Below, one piece after another: positions 51,668 through 60,800 of a DNA stretch of 64,000 nt. This DNA comes from a candidate division FCPU426 bacterium. Lineage in GTDB: Bacteria > Oederibacteriota > Muellerivitia > Muellerivitales > Muellerivitaceae. The notes beneath the pieces are model-generated. The model did not search any database and was not told the origin of the DNA. It saw nothing but the letters and a program-made list of their open reading frames with translations. The translations under genes were made by a program, and so were the position numbers. How positions within the stretch are numbered: the first letter of the stretch is position 1; each line of letters opens with the position of its first letter. The stretch is from positions 768,001 to 832,000 of the forward strand of contig CAVRAL010000001.1 of NCBI GenBank assembly GCA_963719085.1, written 5' to 3'.

Positions 51668-52606
51668 ATGACCAGGGCGGCCGCGGTTTTTCCCAACGAA
51701 GGATCGCACTATGTGGGAATGGGGAAAGAATTTTATGACAAATCGCTGACCATCCGAAAATATTACGATGACGCGGAAAAAATCCTCAAAACTAAAATCG
51801 CCAAGGTTAACTTTTTAGGCCCGCCGGAGGAGCAAGACTTGGCGGTCAACGCCCAGGTGGGGACTTTTTTAAGCGACACGGCGTTTTTCGACCTGTTGGT
51901 CCAGTACAAACGCAAGCCGGAGTTACTGACCGGCGTCGGCGTGGGAGAGGTCGCCGCCCTGGTTTGGGCGGAGTGCTTATCCTTCAGCGCCGCCCTGCAA
52001 TTTGTGGCCAAAAGGGCCGCGCTCGTCCAAGATTTCGCGCTTCAAAATAAGGGGATGGGGCTTTTTCTTTCCGGTGTTACCCAGGAACAACTGACCCCGC
52101 TGCTTGATCGCGAGGAGGGGAAAATCACCGTGACCCATTTTTTGTCCCCCGAGCATTTCATCGTATGGGGCCCGATTGAGGCGATCGGCTCGGTCGAGGC
52201 CGAGTTAAAAGACGTTCGGCCGATCAAAATGAAACGGCAGTTGTCCCGGGGTCCCTTGTTCAGCGAAATGGCCCAAGGGCTGGAGGCGAAAGTGGAGGCC
52301 TTGTTGGACGAGTGCTTGACCGAAGGCCCTTTAAAACATCCGAAGATGACTTTTTTATGCTCGGATGAAGGACGGCACATCGCTACCGCGGGCGATGCCC
52401 GCGCCCTTTTGATTCAACAGTATTCCAAGCCCGTTCAATGGGTGAAGACGGTTCAGGCGGCCATTGGCCGGGGGTTTCGCACCTGGGTGGAAGTAGGTCC
52501 GGGTAAGACCTATACGGGTTTTGTCAAGAAGACGGATGTGGATACCCGAATAATGAATGTGGAAGACGTTAAAAGTCTCTCCACAACTGTTAAGATAACC
52601 GGGTAA
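51668..52606 (+). CDS. FabD (malonyl-CoA:ACP transacylase)-like protein with degenerate active site
   Basis: FPNEGSHYVGMG, PVQW and EVGPGK retained; GHSxG replaced by GVGVG. Confidence 0.8.
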   Translation: MTRAAAVFPNEGSHYVGMGKEFYDKSLTIRKYYDDAEKILKTKIAKVNFLGPPEEQDLAVNAQVGTFLSDTAFFDLLVQYKRKPELLTGVGVGEVAALVWAECLSFSAALQFVAKRAALVQDFALQNKGMGLFLSGVTQEQLTPLLDREEGKITVTHFLSPEHFIVWGPIEAIGSVEAELKDVRPIKMKRQLSRGPLFSEMAQGLEAKVEALLDECLTEGPLKHPKMTFLCSDEGRHIATAGDARALLIQQYSKPVQWVKTVQAAIGRGFRTWVEVGPGKTYTGFVKKTDVDTRIMNVEDVKSLSTTVKITG

Positions 52607-53043
52607 TGATGAACTTTAAAAGCGGATTAATGGTGGGGGGCTTGGTTTGGGGGATGGGCGGGTTTGCGCCGGGATTATTCGCCGCCAATGGCGCGCCTGT
52701 GGCGACGGCCGCGGCTTCACCCACTCCGGGAGCCATGGTATCGCCGACGCCTTTGTTAAAGCCGCCTCTTCCGGGTTCCATCACGCTGGTCCCCAACCCC
52801 TTGGGGAATGAAATTACATTCAGGGCTTTGGTATCGGCTCCTTCGTCCCTTAAAATCAGTATTTACGACCACTTTTACGCGCCGGTCACTGTTTTGGCCG
52901 CCAAAGGCGACGGTTGTTTTGATGTTCTGTGGAAATTGAAAAAAGTTCGGGATGGAATTTATTATTTCGAATCCCAAATTAAAGATGTCAAAAGCGGCGT
53001 GGTTTCAAAACTGCCGATTCAAAAAGTGATTGTGACCAAGTAA
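52606..53043 (+). CDS. Small secreted protein resembling a stand-alone T9SS type-A/FlgD-like C-terminal domain
   Basis: Signal peptide, Pro/Thr linker, then LVPNP...ISIYD...GIYYF...KVIVTK. Confidence 0.6.
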   Translation: MMNFKSGLMVGGLVWGMGGFAPGLFAANGAPVATAAASPTPGAMVSPTPLLKPPLPGSITLVPNPLGNEITFRALVSAPSSLKISIYDHFYAPVTVLAAKGDGCFDVLWKLKKVRDGIYYFESQIKDVKSGVVSKLPIQKVIVTK

Positions 53044-53059
53044 ACAAACTTAAGGTGAA

Positions 53060-54469
53060 ATGATGCCTCTACCGCAAATCCTCATTGTCGGCCGGCCCAA
53101 TGTGGGAAAATCTACTTTTTTTAACCGCTTGATCGGAAAGTCCATGGCCTTGGTGGACAATCAGCCCGGGTCGACCCGGGATTTAAAAAGCCATGACGTG
53201 GATTGGAACGGGACTTATTTTACCGTGTTTGATTCCGGGGGCTGGGTTCCCGGGGACGATGATCCGATCGGCGTCAAAATAGGCGAGATGCTCGAAAAAA
53301 AAGTGAAGCAAGTCAAAGCGCTGTTGTTTATGGTGGATGCCCAGGATGGAATCATGCCGGCGGATGAGCTGGTCGCCCGGTCACTTCGAAAATACGGCGT
53401 CCCGACCCTATTGATCGTCAATAAAGCGGACGAATTTGATAAACGGCACGAGATTTTGTCGGATTTTCAAAAGCTGGGATTCGAGAAAATATACCCGATT
53501 TCAGCCACCCATGGTCTTGGCATTGATGATTTGCTGGACGAGCTCATCCTGGTTTTTTCGAAAGACGATGATACCGCGGCCGTGGAAGATGAGAAAAAAC
53601 CCATGCGGATCGCGGTTTTAGGCAAACCCAATGTGGGCAAGTCCTCACTCGTCAACTCACTTTTGGGACAAAAACGCTTGATTGTGGATGATTTTCCTGG
53701 AACCACCCATGACGCCATTCCGGTCGTCATCGAGACCGAAGGGGAAACCCGGGTGGTGGTGGATACGGCCGGGATCAAATCCGGGAAACAGCAGGACAGC
53801 CGGATTGAGAAAATCAGCGCCGCGCAGGCCCTGTTTGAGCTTCAAACCTGTCAAGTCGGATTCTTCTTATTGGACGGCGAGAAGGGAATCACTCATCAGG
53901 ACGTGACCGTCGGGCGGATTATCGCCGAGGCCTTTCGGCCGGTGATTGTTTTGGTCAATAAATGGGATATCCATCCCAAGGGCGCCGAACAAGCCAACGC
54001 CGAGAGGATTATCCGGCGGCAATTGCGCCATTTACCCTTCGCCCCGATCCGGTTTATCTCGGCCAAAACCGGAAAAGGATTGGAAGGGCTGATGGATCTG
54101 GTCAGCCAAGTCTATGAGGAGAGCTGCCGTCAAATCCCCACCCGAAAAGTAAACGACGTGCTCCACGAGGCGGTTTCGAAACATCCGCCGCCGTTTAAAT
54201 ACGGGCATCAGGTGAAGGTTTTGTATGGGTATCAACGCCAGGGTCATCCGCCGGCTTTTGAGGTTTTCGCCAATCACCCGGAAAGTGTGACACCCAGCTA
54301 TTTGCGCTATTTGGAACAAGAAGTTCGAAAAGGCTTCGAGATGGAATTTACCCCGCTCCAAATCGTCATGAAAGAGAAGAAGCAACCGGAGGAGGTTCGG
54401 CGAGCCCACCATAAAAACCGGAATAAATTCAAGCGAACCAAACCCGCGGAAAAAGGCCGAAGAAAATGA
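53060..54469 (+). CDS. der: Ribosome biogenesis GTPase Der
   Basis: Tandem G domains: GRPNVGKS/DSGG/NKAD and GKPNVGKS/DTAG/NKWD. Confidence 0.96.
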   Translation: MMPLPQILIVGRPNVGKSTFFNRLIGKSMALVDNQPGSTRDLKSHDVDWNGTYFTVFDSGGWVPGDDDPIGVKIGEMLEKKVKQVKALLFMVDAQDGIMPADELVARSLRKYGVPTLLIVNKADEFDKRHEILSDFQKLGFEKIYPISATHGLGIDDLLDELILVFSKDDDTAAVEDEKKPMRIAVLGKPNVGKSSLVNSLLGQKRLIVDDFPGTTHDAIPVVIETEGETRVVVDTAGIKSGKQQDSRIEKISAAQALFELQTCQVGFFLLDGEKGITHQDVTVGRIIAEAFRPVIVLVNKWDIHPKGAEQANAERIIRRQLRHLPFAPIRFISAKTGKGLEGLMDLVSQVYEESCRQIPTRKVNDVLHEAVSKHPPPFKYGHQVKVLYGYQRQGHPPAFEVFANHPESVTPSYLRYLEQEVRKGFEMEFTPLQIVMKEKKQPEEVRRAHHKNRNKFKRTKPAEKGRRK

Positions 54470-55071
54470 CGCGCTTATTTTTCCTTGTTTTGTTTTCTTA
54501 TTTGGTCGGTTCCATACCGACCGGCTATTGGCTGGTTTGGCTGGTCAAGAAAAAGGATGTTCGCTCCCAGGGCAGCGGCAATATCGGGATGACCAATGTT
54601 TGGCGGGTGGCCGGGGCTCCCTGGGGAATTTTGACCTTGCTTTTGGATATCTCAAAAGGTGTTTTGGTGATTTGGGCGGCCCGAGTCTTCTTTCCCCAAG
54701 ATCAAATCGCTTTGTTACTGGCGGCGCTGGGTGTTTTATTAGGCAATGTTTTCACTGTTTTTCTCAATTTTAAGGGCGGCAAGGGTATTGGCGTCAGCGT
54801 CGGGGTTTTCTTCTCAATATTACCCTTGGAAAGCACGCTGGGCTTGATCGGTTTTTGTCTCGCGGTCCTTTTGACCCGTATGATTTCCATGGGAAGCTTG
54901 GTGGGGGTGACCTTGATGGTCGTCGCCGCTTTCGTCAAATTAGGGCTTGGATGGTTATCCGGTTTCGCCTTATTATCCGGGGCGTTGGTTTGGTGGACCC
55001 ACCGGGAAAACATCAAAAGAATTATGGCGGGAACCGAGAATCGAATCGGAAAAAAAGGCCCGAGAAAATAA
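54466..55071 (+). CDS. plsY: Glycerol-3-phosphate acyltransferase PlsY
   Basis: GSIPTG, GSGNIGMTN, FKGGKG and HRENIKR motifs. Confidence 0.96.
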   Translation: MTRLFFLVLFSYLVGSIPTGYWLVWLVKKKDVRSQGSGNIGMTNVWRVAGAPWGILTLLLDISKGVLVIWAARVFFPQDQIALLLAALGVLLGNVFTVFLNFKGGKGIGVSVGVFFSILPLESTLGLIGFCLAVLLTRMISMGSLVGVTLMVVAAFVKLGLGWLSGFALLSGALVWWTHRENIKRIMAGTENRIGKKGPRK

Positions 55072-55072
55072 A

Positions 55073-56068
55073 ATGAAAATAGCGGTCTTAGGCAGTGGAA
55101 GCTGGGGAATCACGCTGAGCATCCATTTAGCCAATACGGGACACCAGGTTTTTCTATTGGCGTCCAACGAGTCCAAAGCCAAAGAGTTGGGCCTGAAACG
55201 GGAAAACAACCGGATCTTGCCGGGCATTCAACTTCCCCCGTCGGTCACGGTTACCTCGGATATGGAAAAAGCCCTGGCGGCCGCGGAAGGCGTTGTTTTT
55301 TCCATTCCTTCCCATGGGTTTCGGGCGGTGGCCCAGCGGGCCGCGGCCCATTGGCCCAAGGGCGCTTGGGCGCTTTCGGCCAGCAAGGGTTTGGAAGAGT
55401 CGAGCCATGACCGCATGAGTCAAATTTTGGCCCAGACCCTGCCGAAGGGAACACGATTAGGCGTGCTTTCGGGTCCCAGCCACGCGGAAGAAGTCTCCAA
55501 AAAAATTCCCACCACGGTCGTCGTGGCGTCCACCGACGAGAGCCTCTCCACCCAGATTCAAAATGTCTTCCACGCCGATTATTTCCGGGTTTATACCTCG
55601 CCCGACATCATCGGGGTGGAGTTGGGCGGCGCCCTTAAAAACGTCATCGCGATCGCCGCCGGGATATTGGACGGGCTGGGTTTGGGCGACAATACCAAGG
55701 CCGCGCTCATGACCCGCGGTCTCCATGAAATGAGGCGCTTGGGTGTGGCTTTAGGCGCTTCGGCGGAGACCTTTTCAGGATTAACCGGAATGGGGGATTT
55801 GATGGTGACCTGCGTGAGCCGCCATAGCCGCAACCGCCTTTTAGGCGAAAAGATCGGCCGGGGTGCGAATTTGACCGAGGCGCTCCAAGAAATGTCCATG
55901 GTGGCCGAAGGCGTTCGGACGGCCCAATCGGCGGTGGAACTTGCCCAACAGGTGAAAGTGGAGGTCCCGATTATGCGGGAAGTTTACGCTGTCTTGATCG
56001 AGGGAAAGAACGCGAAAGAATCCATGATCAACCTGTTATCCCGTTCCGCCAAACCGGAGAACGGTTAA
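55073..56068 (+). CDS. gpsA: NAD(P)H-dependent glycerol-3-phosphate dehydrogenase
   Basis: GSGSWG, SGPSHAEE, GGALKNVIAI and SRHSRN motifs. Confidence 0.97.
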   Translation: MKIAVLGSGSWGITLSIHLANTGHQVFLLASNESKAKELGLKRENNRILPGIQLPPSVTVTSDMEKALAAAEGVVFSIPSHGFRAVAQRAAAHWPKGAWALSASKGLEESSHDRMSQILAQTLPKGTRLGVLSGPSHAEEVSKKIPTTVVVASTDESLSTQIQNVFHADYFRVYTSPDIIGVELGGALKNVIAIAAGILDGLGLGDNTKAALMTRGLHEMRRLGVALGASAETFSGLTGMGDLMVTCVSRHSRNRLLGEKIGRGANLTEALQEMSMVAEGVRTAQSAVELAQQVKVEVPIMREVYAVLIEGKNAKESMINLLSRSAKPENG

Positions 56069-56080
56069 AAAAGAGCCCCC

Positions 56081-56365
56081 ATGACACGCCGTGAAATTTT
56101 GAAAAAACTCATCGCCTTAGGATTGACGGAAGCCCACGCCAAGAAAGCCATCGATGGGTTCTTTAATTCCATGCTTCACGCCTTGGAGGCGGGAAAAAAA
56201 GTTTCGATCACGGGGTTTGGGTCCTGGGAATGGAAACAGACCAAGCCCCGCAAGGCCCGCAATCCCAAAACAGGCCGTTCGGTTTATCTGGCCGCGCGAA
56301 AAGTTCTTGTTTTTAAACCCAGTTCCATATTAAAAGATAAGTTAAATAGTGCGGAAAAAACCTGA
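56081..56365 (+). CDS. HU/IHF family DNA-binding protein (IHF-alpha-like by synteny)
   Basis: VSITGFGSW...RKARNPKTG...FKPS; followed by merR and tRNA-Pro. Confidence 0.9.
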   Translation: MTRREILKKLIALGLTEAHAKKAIDGFFNSMLHALEAGKKVSITGFGSWEWKQTKPRKARNPKTGRSVYLAARKVLVFKPSSILKDKLNSAEKT

Positions 56366-56406
56366 TTTAAGTGGATAATAGGGGAAATGATCGGCTCGGG
56401 GTTAAC

Positions 56407-56853
56407 ATGGCAAGCGACGATAAGCTTTTTTACACAATCGGTGAAGTCTCAAAATTGGTGGATGTGAAGCCCTATGTTTTACGTTATTGGGAGACAGAGT
56501 TCAAGCTTTTGAATCCCCAAAAATCGGTGACGGGACAGCGAACCTACCGAAAAAAAGACATCCAAGTCGCCGTGACGATTAAACGCCTGCTTTATGATCA
56601 AAAATTCACGATCGCGGGAGCGGTTAAAAAATTGGAAGAGCTTGAAAAAGAGGGTTTGGATCAAATCGATCTTTTCATGGAAAAGCAGGCGTCCCCGGCG
56701 GGGGATCACGAGGCAAGCGAACGACTGCCGCGCCCTTTATCGCTGGAGATGTCCGATTTCTCCGAACAAGTCCAGCTGGAGCCGGATGTGAAGCTGATGG
56801 AGCTGGAGCGCTTGATTGTGGAATGCGGCGACATTTTGAAGAAATACGGCTGA
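56407..56853 (+). CDS. MerR family regulator
   Basis: [24 protein letters not shown]...KFTIAGA; alternative GTG start at 56371. Confidence 0.92.
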   Translation: MASDDKLFYTIGEVSKLVDVKPYVLRYWETEFKLLNPQKSVTGQRTYRKKDIQVAVTIKRLLYDQKFTIAGAVKKLEELEKEGLDQIDLFMEKQASPAGDHEASERLPRPLSLEMSDFSEQVQLEPDVKLMELERLIVECGDILKKYG

Positions 56854-56901
56854 AATGATTTGTTTTAAGGGTTTTTCCGTTCCTGCCCGTCTTTTCTTTT
56901 C

Positions 56902-56930
56902 TTGAAACTGGCGGTTTTTTAAACTATATT
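56902..56930 (+). promoter_or_regulatory. Putative sigma70 promoter for the tRNA-Pro pair
   Basis: TTGAAA (56902-56907), 17-nt spacer, TATATT (56925-56930). Confidence 0.55.
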
Positions 56931-57020
56931 AACTTTCCCTTTTTAGTCTTTGCCTGGCCACGGCACAGTTGTGAATTGGTTGTTTTAAGAATGTTTCTGA
57001 CCACGAAATGGTATCTTGAG

Positions 57021-57097
<77 letters not shown>

Positions 57098-57142
57098 GAT
57101 GCCATTTTGGTTGGTTGGATCCCGCTGGAAAATAATAAATGT

Positions 57143-57219
57143 CGGGGCGTGGCGCAGCCCGGTAGCGCAGTTGCATGGGGTGCAAAAGGTCGCAGGTTCA
57201 AATCCTGCCGCCCCGACCA
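57143..57219 (+). tRNA. tRNA-Pro(GGG)
   Basis: Acceptor CGGGGCG/CGCCCCG, anticodon arm GTTGC-AT GGG GT-GCAAA, CCA encoded. Confidence 0.93.
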
Positions 57220-57250
57220 TTTTATTTTCTGGTTTCGCTCAAGGATCCAC

Positions 57251-57997
57251 ATGGTTCGGAATAAAAAAGTCATTGTCGTGATGCCCGCCTATAACGCTGA
57301 AAAAACCCTCGCTGAAACCTATCAAGAAATTCCGTTGGATTTGGTCGACAAGGTCATTTTGGTCGACGACGCCAGCTCGGATCATACGTCGGAACTCTCT
57401 GAAAAATTAGGCTTGGAAACGATTGTCCATCCCCAAAACCGCGGGTACGGGGCGAATCAAAAGACCTGTTATCGGGCGGCTTTAGACGCGGGCGCGGACA
57501 TTGTGGTCATGCTTCATCCGGATTATCAGTACACGCCCAAGCTCATCTCCGCCATGGTTTATCTGCTGGAATCCGGGACTTTCGAGGTCGTATTGGGATC
57601 CCGGATTTTGGGCGGGAAGGCGCTTTCGGGAGGTATGCCGGTTTATAAGTACTTCAGTAACCGGGTTCTGACCTTCCTCCAAAACTTTTTGATGGGCGCC
57701 AAGCTTTCCGAATACCACACCGGCTACCGGGCCTATGACCGCGCGGTTCTGGAGGCGATTCAATGGGAAAAAAACTCGGATGACTTTATTTTCGACAACC
57801 AATTTCTTTCTCAAATCCTGTACAAAGACTTTAAAGTAGGGGAGATCAGCTGTCCCGCCAAATATTTCGCGGAAGCCTCCTCAATCAATTTTAGCCGCAG
57901 CGTAAAGTACGGGTTGGGTTGCTTATGGACCGCCCTGGAGTATCGACTGGCCAAATGGGGTTTTCCCTCCCGTTCGTTCCCCGTACCGCATGCCTGA
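57251..57997 (+). CDS. GT2 glycosyltransferase (polyprenol-phosphate sugar synthase-like)
   Basis: [26 protein letters not shown] and HPDYQY motifs. Confidence 0.92.
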   Translation: MVRNKKVIVVMPAYNAEKTLAETYQEIPLDLVDKVILVDDASSDHTSELSEKLGLETIVHPQNRGYGANQKTCYRAALDAGADIVVMLHPDYQYTPKLISAMVYLLESGTFEVVLGSRILGGKALSGGMPVYKYFSNRVLTFLQNFLMGAKLSEYHTGYRAYDRAVLEAIQWEKNSDDFIFDNQFLSQILYKDFKVGEISCPAKYFAEASSINFSRSVKYGLGCLWTALEYRLAKWGFPSRSFPVPHA

Positions 57998-58104
57998 TTC
58001 GTCAAAAAATAAACTTCAAACTCTAAAAATTTGACAAGAAACTGGATCGATCGATAAGGTTTTAACGGCTCATTTTGAGTCTTTTCACGACAGGGCGGTT
58101 TAAC

Positions 58105-58380
58105 ATGAAAAAAGCCGTTTTATCCATTGTCCATGGAAGGGTTCAAGGGGTCGGATTTCGGTACTTTTTGCTAAATAAGGCCAAATTACTGGGTATTTCA
58201 GGTTGGACGAGAAACCTGGCGGATGGAACGGTAGAAACCATGGCTGTGGGGGAAGGGGCGGCGTTGGAACGGTTTATGCATGAATTAAGGACAGGACCTG
58301 TTGGAAGTCGGGTTCGATCGGTTGATTTCCAGTGGGTGGATGGTTCCTTTGAGTTTCAGGATTTTGAGATCCGGGGATGA
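58105..58380 (+). CDS. acyP: Acylphosphatase
   Basis: GRVQGVGFRY and GWTRNLADGTVE motifs. Confidence 0.95.
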   Translation: MKKAVLSIVHGRVQGVGFRYFLLNKAKLLGISGWTRNLADGTVETMAVGEGAALERFMHELRTGPVGSRVRSVDFQWVDGSFEFQDFEIRG

Positions 58381-58384
58381 ATTC

Positions 58385-59365
58385 ATGCAACGACGTTCGG
58401 CCCTTAAAAAATATTCGGATGAGCTCGAGTCCAAACTGCCGTTGGGCAGATCCGTTTTATTGTCCCCGAAGAAAAACGTTTTTTTGTATTCCATTAAAAC
58501 CTCCCCGTCCGCCGATCGAGTCACGACCGACAGCTTAAAACTGTATTTCAAGGAAATCTCCAGGGTCAAATTATTGACCGGGCCCGAGGAAGTCCAACTG
58601 GCCAAGCGGATCGAAAAGGGCGATGAGGCGGCCAAGCAGGCCCTCATTTCGGCCAACCTCCGTTTGGTCATCAATGTGGCGAAAAAATACGTCAACCAAG
58701 GCCTTTCTTTCCAAGATTTAATCGAGGAAGGGAACTTGGGGCTCATCAAAGCCAGTGAAAAATTTTCCTGGCGGCGGGGATTTAAATTCAGCACTTACGC
58801 GACTTGGTGGATCCGCCAATCGGTCACCCGGGCCCTTTCGAACCAGTCCCGCACGGTGCGGATTCCGGTTCATATCTCGGAAGATATCAGCCGGATGGAA
58901 CGGGTTTCCCGGAATTTAGCCAAGAGCTTGGGTCGCGACCCGAATCAGGCCGAAATCGCCAAGGCCGCTAAGCTGAAACTGGAGAAAATTCATAAGCTCC
59001 AACGATTGGGGCAGCGAAGCGTTTCCTTGGAAGTCCCGGTGAATGGCGACGCGAACGCCAAATCCATCGGCGATTTTATCGAGGATAAAAACAGCGAGAG
59101 CCCGGCCGAAAGCGCCTTTTTGAGCTTGCGCGCAGAGAAATTGAGCGAGCTGATCCATCGGTTGAACGAAAAGGAACAACAGGTTATTTCGATGCGGTTC
59201 GGTTTTCAGATCGACGCGCCTCAAACCTTGGAACAAACCGGGCGGTGCTTAGGCGTGACCCGGGAGCGGATCCGTCAAATCGAGGAAAAAGCCCTTCAAA
59301 AAATAAGGTCTCTCATGAAAATCCATCTGGAAGAATATCGTGAACTTTTACACGAATTTGTGTAA
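58385..59365 (+). CDS. Sigma70-family factor lacking region 1.1 (group 2, RpoS-like)
   Basis: DSLKLYFKEI, ANLRLVINVAKKY, DLIEEGNLGL, KFSTYATWWIRQ and GVTRERIRQIE motifs. Confidence 0.9.
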   Translation: MQRRSALKKYSDELESKLPLGRSVLLSPKKNVFLYSIKTSPSADRVTTDSLKLYFKEISRVKLLTGPEEVQLAKRIEKGDEAAKQALISANLRLVINVAKKYVNQGLSFQDLIEEGNLGLIKASEKFSWRRGFKFSTYATWWIRQSVTRALSNQSRTVRIPVHISEDISRMERVSRNLAKSLGRDPNQAEIAKAAKLKLEKIHKLQRLGQRSVSLEVPVNGDANAKSIGDFIEDKNSESPAESAFLSLRAEKLSELIHRLNEKEQQVISMRFGFQIDAPQTLEQTGRCLGVTRERIRQIEEKALQKIRSLMKIHLEEYRELLHEFV

Positions 59366-59420
59366 TCTGGTCCCCGCCTAGCCGAAGCTCAACCGTCATT
59401 CAATTTAATTGAGGAATTCC

Positions 59421-59933
59421 ATGGATCTAAAGGCCATTATCCGTGACGTGCCTGATTTTCCCAAAAAGGGCATCCTGTTTAAAGATATCACCCCGCTTTT
59501 AAAGGACCCGAAGGCTTTTTCGTTTGTCATTGATACTTTCGCGAAGCGGTACGCGTCTTACCAACTGGACGCGGTGGTGGCCATTGAGTCCCGCGGATTC
59601 ATTTTGGGCGGCGCGCTGGCCAAAGCGTTGGGCGTTTCGTTTGTTCCGGTTCGTAAACCGGGAAAGCTGCCCTGGAAATCCATCCAACAAAGCTATGCGC
59701 TTGAGTATGGGACGGATAAATTGGAGATTCACGAGGATTCTTTCTCGAAGAACTCGAAGGTTTTAATTTTGGACGATGTCTTGGCCACTGGCGGCACGGC
59801 GGCGGCCACCGTTCAACTGGTGGAAAAGGCGGGCGGCCAAGCCGTGGAAGCGGCCTTTTTGATTGATTTGACCTTTTTGAACGGCCGGCTCAAATTGAAA
59901 AACACACCGGTCTATTCTATAATCCAGTACTAA
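59421..59933 (+). CDS. apt: Adenine phosphoribosyltransferase
   Basis: PDFPKKGILFKDI, ESRGF and DDVLATGGT motifs. Confidence 0.97.
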   Translation: MDLKAIIRDVPDFPKKGILFKDITPLLKDPKAFSFVIDTFAKRYASYQLDAVVAIESRGFILGGALAKALGVSFVPVRKPGKLPWKSIQQSYALEYGTDKLEIHEDSFSKNSKVLILDDVLATGGTAAATVQLVEKAGGQAVEAAFLIDLTFLNGRLKLKNTPVYSIIQY

Positions 59934-59953
59934 TTTCGACGCTAAACCAAGCT

Positions 59954-60030
59954 GCCCTCGTAGCTCAGTTGGATAGAGCGACCCTTTCCTAAAGGGTAGG
60001 TCACGCGTTCGATTCGCGTCGAGGGTACCA
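59954..60030 (+). tRNA. tRNA-Arg(CCU)
   Basis: Acceptor GCCCTCG/CGAGGGT, anticodon arm ACCCT-TT CCT AA-AGGGT, CCA encoded. Confidence 0.95.
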
Positions 60031-60069
60031 TTTAGATAAGTTTAAACTTTAGGCACTAAAAGAGGTTTT

Positions 60070-60765
60070 ATGGTTTCGCCCATGGATCATTCGCATCATT
60101 CGTCACCCGAGCTGATTTTTTGGAAAAAGTTGTTGGTGAAGGCGAAAGCCCATCAAGAGGCCCTGGCCGTCGCGGGGATCATCGTCATTATCATCGCGCT
60201 TTTTGTGCCTTATTACCTGAAGAGCAAAGCCCAAAGCGAGAAAGACGCGGCCGATGTTTTAAACCTGGGGCAATACTATTTAAGGGCGGGCGTGGGAACC
60301 CCCAACGCGCCTTTTAAGAGCGAGGCCGAAAAGTACCAGCAATGTTTGCAGACCTTTCAGCGCATCAAGACGGATTTTCCGGGAACCTCATCCAGCAAGG
60401 TCGGGGAGTATTATTTGGCCAAATGCCAATACTTCATGGGCCAATACACCCAGTCCTATTCCAGCTTTGAGGAATCTTCCCGCGAATTAAAGGGAACCCC
60501 TCTGGGGGAGGAGGCTAAGGTGGGGCAAATTTTGAGCCTGGTGGCTCAAAAACAATGGGAACCGTCCCAGCAATTGGCCCTGGCCTTTGTCAGCGACCAT
60601 CCGGATAGCTTTTTAATCCCGGAAGTCAAATTGGACTTATCCGATATTTATCTTCAATTAAACGAAAAGGACAAAGCCGTCGCGGAGTTAAAAGAGGTGG
60701 CGGCTGTTTCGGATACCGGCTGGAGCCAAGAGGCGTCCCGTCGTTTGAAGAATCTTCAGTCCTAG
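60070..60765 (+). CDS. Membrane-anchored TPR protein (YfgM-like)
   Basis: Single TM followed by TPR helices. Confidence 0.75.
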   Translation: MVSPMDHSHHSSPELIFWKKLLVKAKAHQEALAVAGIIVIIIALFVPYYLKSKAQSEKDAADVLNLGQYYLRAGVGTPNAPFKSEAEKYQQCLQTFQRIKTDFPGTSSSKVGEYYLAKCQYFMGQYTQSYSSFEESSRELKGTPLGEEAKVGQILSLVAQKQWEPSQQLALAFVSDHPDSFLIPEVKLDLSDIYLQLNEKDKAVAELKEVAAVSDTGWSQEASRRLKNLQS

Positions 60766-60800
60766 TTAAGGGCGGGGAAAAGGGCGGTTCTTCGACTTTT

